This document shows positions 63,572-64,000 of a stretch of 64,000 bases of DNA, piece after piece. Each line of letters starts with the position of its first letter. The first letter of the stretch is position 1. Position numbers and translations under genes: made by a program. The notes beneath the pieces were generated by a model. That model saw only the letters and a program-made list of their open reading frames with translations. It had not been told where the DNA came from and made no database searches. The DNA is from Dehalococcoidia bacterium (lineage in GTDB: Bacteria; Chloroflexota; Dehalococcoidia; Lucifugimonadales; UBA3495): assembly GCA_965203835.1 (NCBI GenBank), contig OZ241919.1:852188-916187 (forward strand), written 5' to 3'.

Positions 63572-64000
63572 ATGGCGGAAGAAGGATACGCTCACCCCGA
63601 ATTTCTTACCGACGCCGAATGGGTCGATGCTCACCGGAACGACCCCAACGTGGTCGTAGTGGACACCGACGTCGACGCCGCCTACAACCGGGCGCACATC
63701 CCCGGAGCGGTAATAGTTCCCGACAACTTCGAGAAGGACCCTGACACCGGCCGGGTGCACATCCTTGCGCCGGAAAAGTTCGCCGCCATGTGCCAAAACT
63801 TGGGCATCGGCGACGACACGCTGGTAGTCACCTATGACAACTCCCAGAGCCTCTACGCCGGCAGGCTGTGGTGGGCGCTCAACTACTATGGGCACACCAA
63901 CGTCAAGGTGCTGAACGGCGGCTGGCGCCGCTGGGTGTCGGAAGGACGCTCAGTCGAAGCCACCCGCCCCAGTCCAAAGACGGGCGTCACTTTCACCCCC
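63572..64000 (+). CDS. rhodanese-domain sulfurtransferase (3' end outside window)
   Basis: AGGAGG RBS and a frame open to the window end. My own translation MAEEGYAHPEFLTDAEWVDAHRNDPNVVVVDTD...YNRAHIPGAV...LWWALNYYGHTNVKVLNGGW is typical of thiosulfate/3-mercaptopyruvate sulfurtransferases. Confidence 0.6.
   Translation, partial: MAEEGYAHPEFLTDAEWVDAHRNDPNVVVVDTDVDAAYNRAHIPGAVIVPDNFEKDPDTGRVHILAPEKFAAMCQNLGIGDDTLVVTYDNSQSLYAGRLWWALNYYGHTNVKVLNGGWRRWVSEGRSVEATRPSPKTGVTFTP

Overview
High-GC bacterial chromosome segment with about 58 protein-coding genes. I found no rRNA, tRNA, CRISPR array, transposase or integrase. The backbone is a dense set of paralogous catabolic oxidoreductases and hydrolases: 5 luciferase-like (LLM) flavin/F420 oxidoreductases, 2 GMC oxidoreductases, 2 TPP enzymes, a Rieske oxygenase alpha/beta pair with a LigB-type extradiol dioxygenase, 2 PPOX-family proteins, 2 MDR dehydrogenases, EtfAB, and several alpha/beta hydrolases and CE7 esterases. 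By inference this content fits a marine Chloroflexota (SAR202-like) genome, but that is not proven here. Small accessory islets are interspersed in the backbone:
- a double-length tandem MazF toxin with an atypical partner
- a roughly 1700-aa exonuclease-RecQ-UvrD fusion helicase broken by three indels and bracketed by near-identical hairpin repeats
- three solitary PaREP1/HEPN-like paralogs
- a fused MNT-HEPN protein
- vapBC
- two Uma2 endonuclease genes
- a single-gene Mrr restriction cassette flanked by 25-bp direct repeats that duplicate a neighbouring gene end
- an htpX operon with a triple-repeat Cys-pair membrane protein
- a giant kexin-like S8 protease followed by an autonomous small secreted-peptide gene
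Intergenic regions carry a modular, self-nesting palindromic repeat family with core gtcattcccgcgcaggcgggaatcc. All functional calls rest on motif recognition by eye; no database search was run.
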